A DNA stretch of 64,000 bases from Laetmonice hystrix (lineage: Eukaryota): positions 15,066,001 to 15,130,000 of the forward strand of contig OZ249450.1 in the NCBI GenBank assembly GCA_965235115.1, given 5' to 3'. A model generated the notes under the pieces. The model was not told the origin of the DNA. It worked only from the letters and a program-made list of their open reading frames with translations, and searched no databases. This document shows positions 52,211 through 64,000 of this stretch, piece after piece. Each line of letters begins with the position of its first letter. Position 1 is the stretch's first letter. The position numbers were made by a program, and so were the translations under genes.

Positions 52211-52335
52211 AGGAATGTAGGTCCCCTGAAATGCAGGTCCGACGGACCTGCATTCCTAGGAATTGAAGTCCGTAATGCTGTATTATTTAAATATTATTTT
52301 TATAACCCTATCCCTAATCCTAACCTTAACCCTAA
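52211..52335. mobile_element. HINE/Helentron-like end: subterminal inverted repeat, hairpin and degenerate CCCTAA tract
   Basis: aatgcaggtcc-gac-ggacctgcatt 11-bp stem (52230-52254). aggaatgtaggtcc (52211-52224) pairs with ggacctgcattcct. Degenerate (CCCTAA)n at 52304-52335. Confidence 0.45.
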
Positions 52336-53395
52336 TTCATTTGAATTTTCTTAATTATATTGTCTTATACCACGAAGTTGTAACGAAGGACATTGCGAGT
52401 TGAATGACAAATACCATTACCGTCTACCCGCTTGGCCTACGTCATATGGGACATCGCTCCCTGATTTTCTCTGTCAGGAATGCTCTACTTAAGGGGGTTT
52501 TTATATCTGACTTCTACTGACTACAACAGTCCCCTTCTATGACTAATCAAACGAGCATGCCTGGACTTTTCTTTAAATGCGTACAATGTCCGGACCTCAG
52601 GGAAGCAGTTGTCCAGATAATGAGACAGCATCCCATTTTTTATCATCCTCCGACCCCTTACAAACCGTGACCATCCCAATCTACGAGAGATGTCCGTCAT
52701 GTATCCCCTTATTGCCACCCCCTGACCCTGGCCATTAGAACCCACTGTGGCCGATTTAAAACGTTGATATGCCCAGTTTCCAGCACAACCACACGGCCTC
52801 TAATGACCGTAAACAGATGGAGTCTACGGATAGTTTTTCATCAAACATGTTTTATATCTTTCCATTTGAGAATGACGCCTGGACGGAATGATATGAGGGG
52901 AGGGTACAAGGTGATTGTCCGGAAAGTCTCTTCCCTAAAGGTCTTTTTCCGAAATCCCATGAGGAGTCGTATGGTGCCAGTGTGTCTCTGAGGGAAACCT
53001 AAGCAAAATGAATACACGTCCTCCATACATTCTAAGTGCACTTAGATGGTTGAGCTGATATCCATGACAAAGGATGGATGCACAACCCCTGATAATACCA
53101 ACATAAGCCGCACGCACACAAAGACCGCCCCACAAGATGGTCCATCCGTCATCCATATATGTAACAACTCTAAATGTGGCTACCTCTCTTTACCCAGCTG
53201 CCCCCGTGATGAGATGGACCATGCAATACTTGTGTTGAGTCCATGGGACCCACAAACGTGAAAGGGCGGATGTGCGTGAGGTATCGGGGTGCAGGTTTTT
53301 GCCGGGTAACGTGCATGGCACAACGTTCGGTGATCAGGTAGACTTCACACACCACGCTAAGCTCCAACCGTGACCCGGATGGTGAACGTGGCGAT

Positions 53396-53428
53396 GGGTG
53401 GGGTGGGTGGGGTGGGTGGGGGTAGGGG
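53396..53428 (+). repeat. G-rich (GGGT/GGGGT)n tract, potential G-quadruplex
   Basis: Seven G-runs of 3 or more in 33 bp. Confidence 0.8.
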
Positions 53429-56400
53429 TTGATACCCTAGGGTCTGTGGCCTCAATCTATATCCCAAACTTTCTATAAAACCTCAGGGTTCAGCTTATTC
53501 CCCCTCACTTATAAAGGAAAGCTATACAATCTCAATCTTGTTCTCTGGATGGGGGTATGTCCTCGCTCGTTAGTCCACCAATGCAAAACTCTCGTGCAGA
53601 ACTTCTCCATGCCTATTCCCAACACCAAACAGACGTCAGACTCGTTAATTCCTTCATGATAATAACTAACGACAATAAACTCAGGGGAAGACGAGCCCGA
53701 ACGAATTAATTAAACCCTGAAACGCAAACATGCTGTACTCCTAATGTACTAAAGGATGTTAGCAATGTCTCTACGGCAATTCTTCTCTGGTCGAAAATGT
53801 GGAATTTAGAAAAAAAGAGAACTTCAAACGCGCTAAAATGGTTCTTAATTCTGTCGATCAGCTCTTGTGCAAAAGTTTATGAAACAGAAGACGCCCACTC
53901 CGTTTCCTGTACGATGACTTCCTGTAACACAGATCGGTTATCTGACAACACCCAAAGATAACTCACCTCGCAACCACTACACCGAGTTTCTTTCCATGTA
54001 ACATTGAAGTGGTGGTGATAAGTTCAGATCAAACGTAAAGCTATAGGGATGAATCCGTTCCGTAAAGTGACGTACTCCACAGAGGCAGACGACATCCAGT
54101 CTGGGTGTGAGCGTCTGGCAGTCGTTTCCGCGTTCATTAAACGGTTAAGCGCTAGCCTTGCCACCGCGTTTCCATGTTCATACACACCTAGCTGACGTCC
54201 CTAGAATGGCGGTCCAATATAGGAGTGCCAACTCCAGGTAGGGTTGTAGAAGTACACGTGTGGCCGTATAACCCAAGCCTTGTTCTGCAGTGTCGAACTG
54301 TTCCCTTGATTGTAAGGTCACACTGAACATTACGATCTCAAGATCTCGACTACGTGCACTGTACAACCGTTGCCCATCCTGCAGTCACCACGCTTGAACA
54401 CAGCGTGAACGGATTCATAATACATGAACGTTTTGATTTTGTATGTTCGACCCTGTGTTTTGCGGTTGGATCAATACGCTTGCTACACAGAGTCCCACAA
54501 GTAGCGCACGTATCGATCGTGAAGGATTATTGGCCAATCGCGCGTGACGTATTTAGTTCATCACTCAGTCACCAGGGGCAGATGATGGAGCAAAGAGGAA
54601 CAATGACGTAGGAGACCGCAGCGCAGGTGGTCGCTGGCAACCCGGTTTCTGACAACCAGAGAGACAGAACACGAGTTTGTGCTATGATAACAACCGACGC
54701 TAAAAGGATTCTGTGTTCCCCTTCATTCAGAAAATCCTGCCACTGTCTCTCTATGGTCGTCTCCGCCGTCTCCCCTCCCCAACAAGCCCTGTCCACCATG
54801 GTTACACGTATATGCCAACTTGCTGACGTATATGCATCACTTTTATATTATCTTCCATGTTTTTTCTTCTCCAATTGCGTCAGACCCTCAGCAAAAATAG
54901 ATCAGATCATCTGCTGAAGCAATTAATATGACATGTATAGCAATCATTGCTTTCGTAAACTCATCAATCCACATGTGTAAACAATCTAACATTCCTTTAA
55001 GTTCCAGGAACTAGTGTCCTTGGCATAGAGTATTCTGTCTTTTCTCGTCACAATATGGAAATTGATCGCACGGATCGGTGAACACGAACTGCACTTGTCT
55101 GAGAAGAATCTGATTACTGTCAAGCCATCAAGTCAACCATACAAATAATTCCTAATGACTTGAGCCGATGGCTAGGAGACCGCTGAATGCTGCTTGTCAA
55201 CCCGGAAATTACATGGAATATAAGGAAATATCGTATATCTAGGTATCGAATCCGACAGCAGCAAAGCTGGGTACCACGTCAGTGAGAGTATTTTGAGAGC
55301 CAGAGAAAATCATCTTCAGGAGCCGAAGGAGGAACCTGCACTAAGGATATAAGATTAGTTTGATATTGTCTATTGTCACCCTGGCGACCCATCGCAAAGT
55401 GTAAACATAAGGAAAAGGTTTAATAATATAAACCAGAGGAATAATCTAGGTACTTCTGTGCCGTATTATTTTTCAACTGGAATGCCCTTAAATTCGTACA
55501 ATTTACATTCGTACAACCGCAAGGTTGAGACGAGTTCTTGTATTGCCCAACATATTTACAAAAATCTATATAGATAGAAATTTCTGTGGAAATGCACATT
55601 ACATCCGAGTGATTCATGTCAGTTTACATCCCTTGTCAGGATGAAAAGACGTGCGCCTGATATGGCGTCATGCTATCCTCCGAGGTGCCCAGTTTTAGGT
55701 TATTGCGTGGGAACGCAATAATTGTTGCAGTGATGGTAAAATTTATTTTTAGCGCCTGGCCACTTGGGGGCTCTGTGTAATAATACATTGCATGTTGCAC
55801 ACAAGTAAAGAGCGGCCTTTGGCCATGATAACGCTGTACACTTACGTTTCTCCCTTTTTCAAAATTGACCGGACGTCCCGAATTCCAACATTCACTATTC
55901 CTGGAAGACGGCCACTATAAACTACTGCCTACTTGGAAGATCAGGGTGTATCTTTGAAAGTGGTATTTGTAAATAAACAATAAAAAAATAAAAAATGAAA
56001 TAAAAAATATTATGCTCAATTCACTCACTTTACGCATGTTTTCACATTCCACGTCCTTAGCGTCCATGAAATGTTCCTTGTGGTTTGGACCTCGATTTGT
56101 TTTTCCCTCCGTTTTACGTTTTCTACAGAATTCCTTCTGACATACTCGGAATGGAAGCCATTGTGTGGCCGCTGCGATCAGTGGTAGTTCCCTTGACGAC
56201 GTCGCGTTCCATGTAGGCGCGTGTTGCCCGGGAACAGTTTCCGTGAAGTGGATCGTCCCGCCACTATAGAACTACCTCTGTTTCTCCACGCAATTAGGTG
56301 CTGCTGACGCTATTTGAAAGTCCGTCTCTCCAACCCTCTCCCACTTCCCATTCCGGCTTACATAAAGCTCTTCACACTCTAACAACACCCAGCGGTGACG

Positions 56401-59400
56401 AATTGCATGATAGAGCAACACAATGCCTCTCTGATGGTTAGGGACTTAGATAATTACTTTTATCTCCGGTAAATACAACAAGTCGGATGTTCACCAACCA
56501 TCGGAGACGTCAAACCGACTTCTGTCGGAGGATGACGTATTATCTATATTTAGAAGTGTGACGGCTGAGAGAGAAACCCTCTGGGCCATCATACACCGCA
56601 CGTATCATCCACTATGTGATCCCTAACGTGCAGATATCCACTCGACAGTAACCCAACACCCGGATTAAAGAGTATCGACCGAACTTCTCAACGTGTCCTT
56701 CAGTAACTGGAGTAACCAGTCATGTCAGACACTCAAATATTTCATCCCGGGACATGGATATTGCTCTGTGCTCGGCACGGAAAAGGTGCTAAGGCTTTTA
56801 GTACCGATTACATACTGTGATAGCTCGTCTCAACTTCATTATTTCAACCCACACACACATGGTCCCTCTCTTAAAAACGCAAAGTGGCCAGTTGTCATGT
56901 ATGGATTGCATTTGCGTTTCTAAAATTAGGAACATTGAAGGACATTTTAATGGTCGTGATGACTTTTGGGTTTCGAGTATCAGAACGTGTTTAAGTGACG
57001 AAAAAAGTTCACGAACAAAAATCCACTCGTTGCGATGATCAAAAAGCCGAACAATTGTTCCCGAATTGTTCGTCGGTATCGGTATTCGACATGTTTAATA
57101 TTTCAGAACTACGAATTGTTTTCGTGAACAAATGTTTGTCGTCTGCGGCGGCCTTTAACGTACCCAGTCTGTGAGTTAGTGTCCAACCGATTTGCCGGTT
57201 GGCTGGGGGTCTGAGCCCCCCCCCCCCCCCCACACCCCCTCTTTCATCACATATTTGCCACTGACCCGCCACTGATTCCATACCTCCATCACTAACTGGT
57301 TCCCTTTTGTAAGTCACCACTAGAGATGTAGGTTACGCGGCACAAATTAGAAAATCGATTTTTCTTCTCCTGAAATCCCTGCTGAAAGTTCCGTCGGCAG
57401 CGTCTACCTTTTCACGGTGTACGTTGTCCGCTTTGTTGCACACGATCAAGAATGAAAGGGGGCGAATTCTTTAGTTGCAAACAGGTCAGGGGAATTGATG
57501 TGTAGATCTATTTATGGTTGATAGTTTCAACTTGACGAAATGGAGGCGGCTCATTGGTTCCAAGCTAGATCACCAATTACGTCATGCGTTCGTCTGCTAC
57601 CTCACTCAACGCCAGAATGACGTTTCCTTAGATACGTGACCTAGATATAATATAGAGCATGAGCAGATGTTAGTTTTGGTGTTACGTGACAGGCCCGTTA
57701 GAGACTGATTACAGCCCTTAACTTTGGTACGACAAGTACAGTGCTCCAGGGGCCGATGAAATGCTTTGGTAAACGTAAACAGGAAAAAGGTTCCTGCCAA
57801 GAAATGTAAACACCATGAAAATGTGTACAGTACATTGACGTTCCCTGTGTGACAGTTGGCTGATCAAAGATACACGGGCAGCAAGGATGGTGGTGCCTTT
57901 CGGATGGATTTCTGGATACTCTCTGGTGGCTAGACTAACTCATACATGCTTATCTCATATACAAGAAAACATCCTGTTTCTAGATATCACGTGACGTCAA
58001 CCGGACCTCTGTCACGTCATACCTTTCAGAACTGGTAACGCACTTTGGCCACAACAGGCCTGCAGAGAATCTTCAAACAGACTTAAATACAGAAGTTTTC
58101 TTTGGTAGGTTGGATGGGTAACATTATTTCAGCAACATGTTTTCCCTAAAAATAAGCCTTCTCAATAAATCATAATCATCGCTCTTTTCTTTGTGGCTGG
58201 GGGATTTTCTTTTTCGTCCTGAGCCTCGGTGTAAGAAGTCCGCAGTCCACCTACTGCCACTCTGTCAGACTCTGGGCGGCTATTACGTAAGTTTCTTTTG
58301 GACAGCAAAGTATAAATAACATGTGTGATGACTACGCAGAGGGGGGATTGTTTTCTCCAGGTTTCCGAAGAGTTTTACATTACAGTGGCAAACAAACCAG
58401 TGCATACCTTCCTCCACCAGACGGCCGACCTTTGTCTATTGGTTTGTTGTTAGAAGCTTCTTTGCTAACACAGCGCCACCTGAGGCTGCATAGAGAACTA
58501 TTATTTCTAGTACTACACCCGGGAGACGACAAACACATACGGCATGTTTGTATTGGACCCTATTCGTTTTAAGGTTCGCCTGACTTGAGGACAACTTACA
58601 AACGCACATTCAATAACAAATTTATATTTTCAGAGGCCTTTTTTACAATTATCATTTCCGTTTTGAGAGCAAGTTGCTGGCATGTGGTTCCCGGACGTTG
58701 TGAATACAAGCTCTCACTCCCCGCAGAATACTACACATTTCATCCCGGATTCTCTCCGCAGATATACATGTATCTAACTTACCGGCGTACACACGTGCAT
58801 ACACCAAAAGTTCGCACAGGGCCACTCTACAGTTTGAAGTATCGACTAATGCTACAAATTCTTTCACGGCCTCCGGTTCCTTCTCCACTCCTTCACTTTT
58901 TTTCTTTTCTTTTCTCTACAAAAATTGTTCCCGAGCCTATGGACCACAGTAAAAATCGGGTGATCCTAACTCCAATGAATGCAATTGGTCTGCACAGATC
59001 TCGCCTGAGCCTGCTGGTTTGGTAGCTTATCGTTTACGCCATGCGTTACCTCCCAGAAGGAAAGTTTTAAATGGACAATTAAGACACATTGATTCGGACA
59101 GTTCTTTGGCGTTCAAGTTCTGCGTTTCGGATTTGTAGTCATGTTGTCCAATTCATGTTTTAGGCTGTGAAAGCGAAACACACCTACTTGCCAAATTACT
59201 GTGAATTTCTAATGGCAATCGAAACGATACAATCTTCTATTCAATAACGGAGTGGTTTTCAATTAGATGATTTGAGAGGCGAACTGAAAACTTCTCATCC
59301 TACATTTAATGCTATTGATTTTTCTCCGAACTCTTTGAAACAGTTCTGGTGTATTTCGATCACTCTATTATGTTTTCTTCCCTCTGTTTCTTAGAGCGAT

Positions 59401-62155
59401 TTTAAGCCAGACTCACAGCTAGGTCGTAAGATGGTGCACCCATGTCCGTATACATGCCAAACTGACAAAAGTTTCTTCTGCCTCGTTCCAGACCTGAATC
59501 CTGGTGAACAATAGAATCTGCGATCGTTCGGGCCGCCTAGACCAATCAGAACCAAGATGAAGGTACCTAAATTAATGTTAACGTCGGCTCAAACCCAACG
59601 TACGATGGGACTGATGAAGTCTATAGTGGTTGAGAAAGTCAGCCAGAAAGATTTCAATGGAAATTCAATGACCTACGTACGAAAAACTGACATAACATGT
59701 GGGATTAGGTTCTAATGATGGAAATAATGATAATAATGCGAGTCACACTTCTCCAAGGACCTCAAAGTTGAAGCTTGCAGATCTGCCTGATGTCGCCAGG
59801 ACATCATAATGTCACCATTTCGACATCTGATCTGTTTCGTTCATTTAGCTCATACCTCTTTCTTACTGTGAATAATTCTAAGATGATTCGAAAACATCGA
59901 CAGCTCTCTTAAGCTTTCTTCAAGGAAAGCCCTTCTCCTGGAGTAGCGCTAAAACATTGGGAACCGACTGTTCAGAACATTAAAAAAATAATCCAAGAAC
60001 CGCCTCAGTATGTCAGGTAATGAGCACAAGCCTAACAGATCAACTATAAAACATCAAGCGTTTACCTTAATTGAAGAAAGTTTCCTTAGATAAGGCATAA
60101 GAAGATAAAAGAACCCCGTATACCTCCCTTTTAGATACTAAACCTCGGAAAATATTCTAAAATCAGCCCGGTTTAATGTACGCCTCCTCCCTCGCATAAC
60201 TGCTATAAGCCTGGGACATTGAAATGTTTTATATGACAGCCGAGAAAGCCTGGGGCCAAGCTTGACCCCTGCCTCATTTGTTCCCCTCTTTTCGGAGTAT
60301 AAAGACGTCATCGTGTCGAACACGCAGGCGTAACTTCATATTTCCCGTCTTCAAGAAGGGGTGTGCTCAATATGAGGACATCACTTGAAGCACGCGCTTG
60401 TTGTGGTTTGCATCGCTTCAGGTTTGACATGTCCGCCCAGATGAGAGCGAATGTGCTTTATTGCCAGGAGGCCGGTGAGGCCCTCTGAGGATGACGAGGT
60501 TTCGAGTGGAGGCCGAGTCTCGGTGGGACTACCAGGACCATTGTTATTCTATATGGCACATGTAGCGCAATGAGTGAACACTACGATGCCCATATTTCAA
60601 TTCTCAATCAGACTCATACAAGGGGAGGGAGGCAGCCACCACGGGGCTTTCAAATTCCTGTAATTACACCGAGGATTCCGGCCAGCACAAAAACCACCTC
60701 ACTTATTTATGAGAACGACTGTGTAGCTCCCGCCCTTCCTCCAAATATATGACCCGTGGCCCATGCTCATGATGGGCCCAATGCATTTATCTGAAATGCA
60801 CGAAGAGGAGCAATATATTGTACGGATATTTCCTCGGTGTAAAATATAAAAAGTGATCTCAAAAGAGTCAGTTCCTCGACTTCGTATTTTTACTCGCATA
60901 TATTAGACCATGACCGATGTGCAAGGTTAACAGATCTTTGAGGATGCAGCACTGGTATCTCGACCGAAATCCTCTGATCATACAACCTGCCATGCTCCTG
61001 TCAGTACATGGTTGATTATGGATGGACATTACAACAATTCTGGTTGAAAATGAGACATTGTCTTTAAAATATCACTGGAATGACCCAGCAAATTGTCATA
61101 TCTCAACAAGGAAGAATAAACCGAGTTTTTGGTAGGTTATTCTCGCCAGGTGACCCGGATGCGCTCGTCATCCGATCCTTGATAAAACCAAAGTGAACGC
61201 TGCACGATTGTTGCTGGCTGAAACGGAGCTCATTAACTATCGATCCGCAATCACATCGATTGGTACCGGCAGGATCAGCACTCCATCGATTATTGACCTT
61301 TTACATGTACCTTGCAGTATGCAGTACTTCCTTTACATAGCTAGATTATTTGACCTGACGGCATGCATGTAGCCAAGTGAAAAGACTATTAGGAGCCTTT
61401 GAGGATATGTTTTCCTTTTTTTCAAAATAACCTTTTGGCAACGTTTTACACATGAACAAAGCACATGTGCATACATGCGGACGCTCACAGAATGACTACA
61501 GCGTATTGTACTATGTCTTTTCGAGTCATGCATGACCCAACACTGCCTCTCAGACGGAGGTTGCCTGCCAGTTCTGCTTGCTGAATAGCAAGAAGCTTTA
61601 TTGGCAGCTCAAAGGTATGCTGTTACTGGGGACTAAGCCCGGGTCTGTCTTCTCCTTACATCTGGTGTACGTCAGCTGTCCCACCATCACTAAACCATAC
61701 CTAAAACACAGCACCCCCCACCCCCATTAAATATCCCTAGACCGTCGGAGGATCCAGCCATTCTGCTGTCTCCTTCTAGACGCACTCTGTATCTCAATGT
61801 GAATATCTCCCCCCTGACGCGTCGGTCCCTCAAACAAGTTTCTTCCAGCAGGAGTCAGAGAGCAGACAGAGAGGATCTCTCGACAGCTCGAGCGATATTG
61901 CTCGCAAACAGGGTCACATTACGGCTTGAATCTGTTTATGGCTGGACAGGTCGAGTAGATGCAGGCGGGCCGGGGTTGATCTGGAGTAAATCTGATGGAG
62001 GAACAACACAGGGCCTTGTCGACTCCATAGCCTGCCATGGTGATGTAATGCAGACCACATGAGGCTGGCCTTTCTGAAGTTGCATCTGTGTTTGACTAAA
62101 CACCAGGTGAAAACGTCGCCAAGTACCAGCGCCGCCGCCACTACCAGTAACATCA

Positions 62156-62242
62156 GTAGCAGCGGCAGCAGCAGCAGCAGCAGCAGCAGGAAAAGCTAAG
62201 GCAGGACGAGCAGCAAAATCAGCATCAACATCAGCATCAACA
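62156..62242 (+). repeat. (GCA)n trinucleotide / low-complexity tract
   Basis: agcagcggcagcagcagcagcagcagcagg followed by agcatcaacatcagcatcaaca. Confidence 0.85.
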
Positions 62243-63524
62243 GACCTAGTGTAGTTATCCGCCACAAAGAACGCCCAATGGATCCTCTGGTCTGTTGCTA
62301 AGCGACAAACACATAACTGCCGTCCCAGTTCGATAGCAAAACTCGTATGAATGAGGCGTTCACGTGTAAATCGAAACTAAGCCTCCTGTTAAGGTAGACT
62401 CTCCCGCCTCTTGCAGGAGGCAGGACGGGCCGAAATCAATTTATTTATAAATGCGTTTCCTTGTGAGGAACATGCAAATGAATTATCCCCCTGAACACTT
62501 AGTATCTCGTCAATGATAAGATAAAGGTATAAGACGCAGTCTATTATCTGCAGAAATCGGTCTCCGTCAAAGCATGATCTTCACAACGAGCGATGCATAT
62601 TCGATTTTCTAGCCGCACATTTGATCTAAAAAAAAGAAGCTTTGTTTGACTATGAAAGCCAGGGCACGATGCTCCATACTGCAAATTTCCATATTCCAAT
62701 ATTTTTCTACCTGGCAGCCTCAATCTTTCTCATGTAAATAGTGCGAGATACGAATTGTACTACTTCTACGGTACAAAGCCAAAAATTGAAAGTGTTTGTC
62801 ATTGTACAGGAAGATGCAAAGTTTGGGCACGGTGATTACTACTTAAAAAGTCAACTTCTGACCTAAGTCGTTATTTATTCCGACATGCTCTGGTTCTAAA
62901 ACTCCGGGGTGTTGCCGATGTGAATCCTCAGATTTGTGAGATATACAGACCACTTGAAGGGACCCAAAGGGGGTTGAGTGAATGGGGTAGGTGGGTCGGG
63001 GGGGGGGGGTCAGAAACTGCCCCCTTTCCCGCCAACGTACTCTGAACAACTCTAGCACGCTTCCATCCAGATGCTTCGTTACAGGCCTAGAAACTGACGG
63101 CCACCCAGGTCATCGGGCGGTTACAAGTCAGTGCTCGAGGCCAGCCGAGAAACAAACCGCGGCTCAAAGCTCGCCCAGGTGGCGCCACCAGGCGTCTCGG
63201 GCAGGTCGCGGGTAAACACCATTATTCCCGCCGTTATGGCTACCTCTCATTGGTTATTTTATCACACAGTCGCCCGCCACGTAATTGGCGATAATGTTCC
63301 TATTTTCTCTTGTACTTGACGCGGGTATGTGGAGGATGGCGTAAGGCCATCCGGTACAAGTATAAGGTACGTTGTTTGGTCGGAGGAGCTGGGGGTTCGG
63401 TGATGATCAATGGCAGGAAACGAAAGACCCGAATTGCTGTATTGTACGAGGCTTCCACTTAACGGCGCAGATTGGGAGTTTCGTCCACAAGTAAAATTCT
63501 GGATCATTGGTAGAAATAACAGCT

Positions 63525-63643
63525 ACCAAACAAATCACAGCCGATCAGAGAGCCCAGGGACCAATCAAACAAGTCACAGCCGATCAGAGAGCCCAACCAA
63601 TCAAACAAATCACAGCCGATCAGAGAGCCCAGAGACCAATCAC
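63525..63643. repeat. 36-39-bp tandem repeat, 3 units
   Basis: caaa(c)aa(a/g)tcacagccgatcagagagccc x3, with accaatc at the unit junctions. Confidence 0.9.
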
Positions 63644-64000
63644 CATCAGTAAAAAGACAAACGCTGAGTGAAAGGAAAATGGAAGATGCATGTTTCGAGC
63701 GTGTTTGGTGTTTTCGAGTCTAAGCAATTTTCCATTTCTATGCGCGTATGTTTCCAGCACCTTACTCTACACAGTTTTCCCATCATTGTATGAATGGAAT
63801 GACAGCATAGTTATCACGTGTCTGAGATTTTTGGGTTATTCATTTTAGTACATTCTGATATATCCATAAAATCTCAGCGTAGGTCACACCGTTTTGAAGT
63901 CATTCGCGGTTTCAAGTTCTCCACAGGAACTTGGGTTGTCCTGATGAGGGTTACCAAGAGAACCCCACGCTACTCGTGTTCAAATCTGCACCCCTCACCT

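Noticed and set aside
56100-56220. Strong plus-strand splice acceptor (ttttctacag at ~56128)
   Set aside because: All three downstream frames stop within about 30 codons and no partner exons were found.
61050-61310. Possible env/F-like fragment (ARLLLAETELINYRSAITSIGTGRISTPSII)
   Set aside because: Subjective similarity over a short frameshifted stretch with no linked pol.
61914-62265. Poly-Ala / poly-Leu / poly-Gln ORFs
   Set aside because: Explained by the (GCA)n tract; no splice or domain support.

Overview
Animal genomic DNA, roughly 40-45% GC, intron-containing, with one assembly gap at 23948-24091. The receptor sequence suggests a lophotrochozoan, possibly an annelid (inference). The only intact gene I can support is an 8-exon, minus-strand Cys-loop ligand-gated anion channel (glycine-receptor-alpha/GluCl-like) at 2526-15353. 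Its exons splice in phase to 1227 nt (408 aa + stop), from signal peptide to TM4. An 18-unit 37-bp minisatellite lies about 70 bp upstream of its ATG, and a foldback element with a target-site duplication sits in intron 5. The remaining ~48 kb has no intact long ORF. It is a mosaic of minisatellites (63, 76, 34 and 36-39 bp units), MITEs, a decayed Ty3/Gypsy gag-pro, an LTR-like segment with a possible tRNA-Gly primer-binding site, two hammerhead-ribozyme-like relics, and several long reading frames broken by only 1-2 stops that I cannot assign to a family (possible decayed viral or transposon genes). I found no rRNA, tRNA or CRISPR array, and no complete novel multi-gene system that I can defend.
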